Assembly (NCBI GenBank): GCA_963771075.1
Contig: CAVYSE010000026.1
Span: forward strand, 80,687-144,686
Reading direction: 5' to 3'
DNA from: a candidate division FCPU426 bacterium
GTDB taxonomy: Bacteria; Oederibacteriota; Muellerivitia; Muellerivitales; Muellerivitaceae
DNA length: 64,000 nucleotides
Below, in pieces: positions 63,301-64,000 of the stretch (positions within the stretch are counted from its first letter, which is position 1; each line of letters begins with the position of its first letter). Made by a program: the position numbers and the translations under genes. The notes beneath the pieces were generated by a model, which was not told the DNA's origin, ran no database searches, and saw only the letters and a program-made list of their open reading frames with translations.

Positions 63301-64000
63301 GCGGACTTTGGCCGGGCATCAATAATGTCACAAAATACGTCCTGTCCAAAACCATGAAAAAGTCAGATTGGAAAAATTCGGTTTTCCTCAAAAGTCTGGC
63401 AGATATCAAAAAGCTCAAAAATTCAAAAGGTGCTGACATTCAAGTTTGGGGCAGTAGTAAGCTTATTCAGCTGCTACTTAAGAATGATTTAGTGGACGAA
63501 CTCTGGCTCAAAATTTTCCCGTTGACGCTTGGTAAAGGGAAAAAATTGTTTGACAATGGCGCGATTCCGGCAGCATTTAAATTAATAGAGAGTTCTGTTA
63601 CGCCAAGCGGAATGATTATTGCCAATTACAAACGGGCTGGAAAAGTTAAGACAGGTACTATTGGTGAATAGGCGGCTAACTGGTTAATCATTCCCTAAAT
63701 TAGCTGTCGTGAGGGATGGGGGAGTTCCCCTGAAATCGTTGTCCACAATGGGGAGCCCCAAGCCCCCGGCTTGGGGCAGGGATCGCGGACAACGAAATAT
63801 TGGATGGTAAGCGATGAATGGTCTTTATATTAAATTTGAAAATCCCGGCATCCATTCCTTCGGGTCCAAATCCGCCGTCGAAGCCGACAAAAAAAGGGTT
63901 TTCGGTGTTCCCGCGGGGCGGAGGGCCTTTGAGTATTTCTTTGAAACCATTCTCCCCGACCTCCAACCATACTATTGGTTCGCGCACGCCTTCCAATCCA
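60360..64000. other. Inverted copy of ~56670-60312 (probable fold-back chimera)
   Basis: Mirror coordinates sum to ~120670 (57682/62988, 58521/62149, 56997/63671); 60.4-62.05 kb is full of indels relative to the first copy. Confidence 0.9.

Overview
Bacterial chromosomal window, probably from a long-read or amplified assembly: several genes, including the essential thrS, carry homopolymer-type frameshifts. (1) 1-0.8 kb: 3' end of a type I restriction R subunit. (2) 0.9-21.5 kb: a galactomannan-utilisation locus with no SusC/SusD (GH36, sugar-binding lipoprotein, GH130, GH2, PGI/PMI, LacI with three candidate operators, a 1401-aa five-CBM/outer-membrane-barrel-like fusion, a tandem GH5 and an esterase). 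(3) 21.5-43 kb: housekeeping genes (TPR protein + ExeA-like ATPase, tRNA-Gly/Cys/Val, thrS-infC-rpmI-rplT, trmH-like, pheS) and a ~2000-aa Thr-repeat surface protein cleanly split by an IS4-family element. (4) 48.8-59.9 kb, the most novel part: an integron-like array of mostly single-gene, co-oriented cassettes, including two toxin-antitoxin pairs. The cassettes are separated by 11-12 copies of a non-attC palindromic site (TGTCCACGATG-GGTCCC-CGTCGTGGACA, 28 bp, or 52-65 bp with an extended hairpin). A group II intron whose putative EBS1 loop is complementary to this site sits directly after the last copy. (5) From ~60.36 kb the sequence folds back into an inverted copy of ~56.7-60.3 kb, most likely a chimera artefact that hides the rest of the intron and any recombinase gene.
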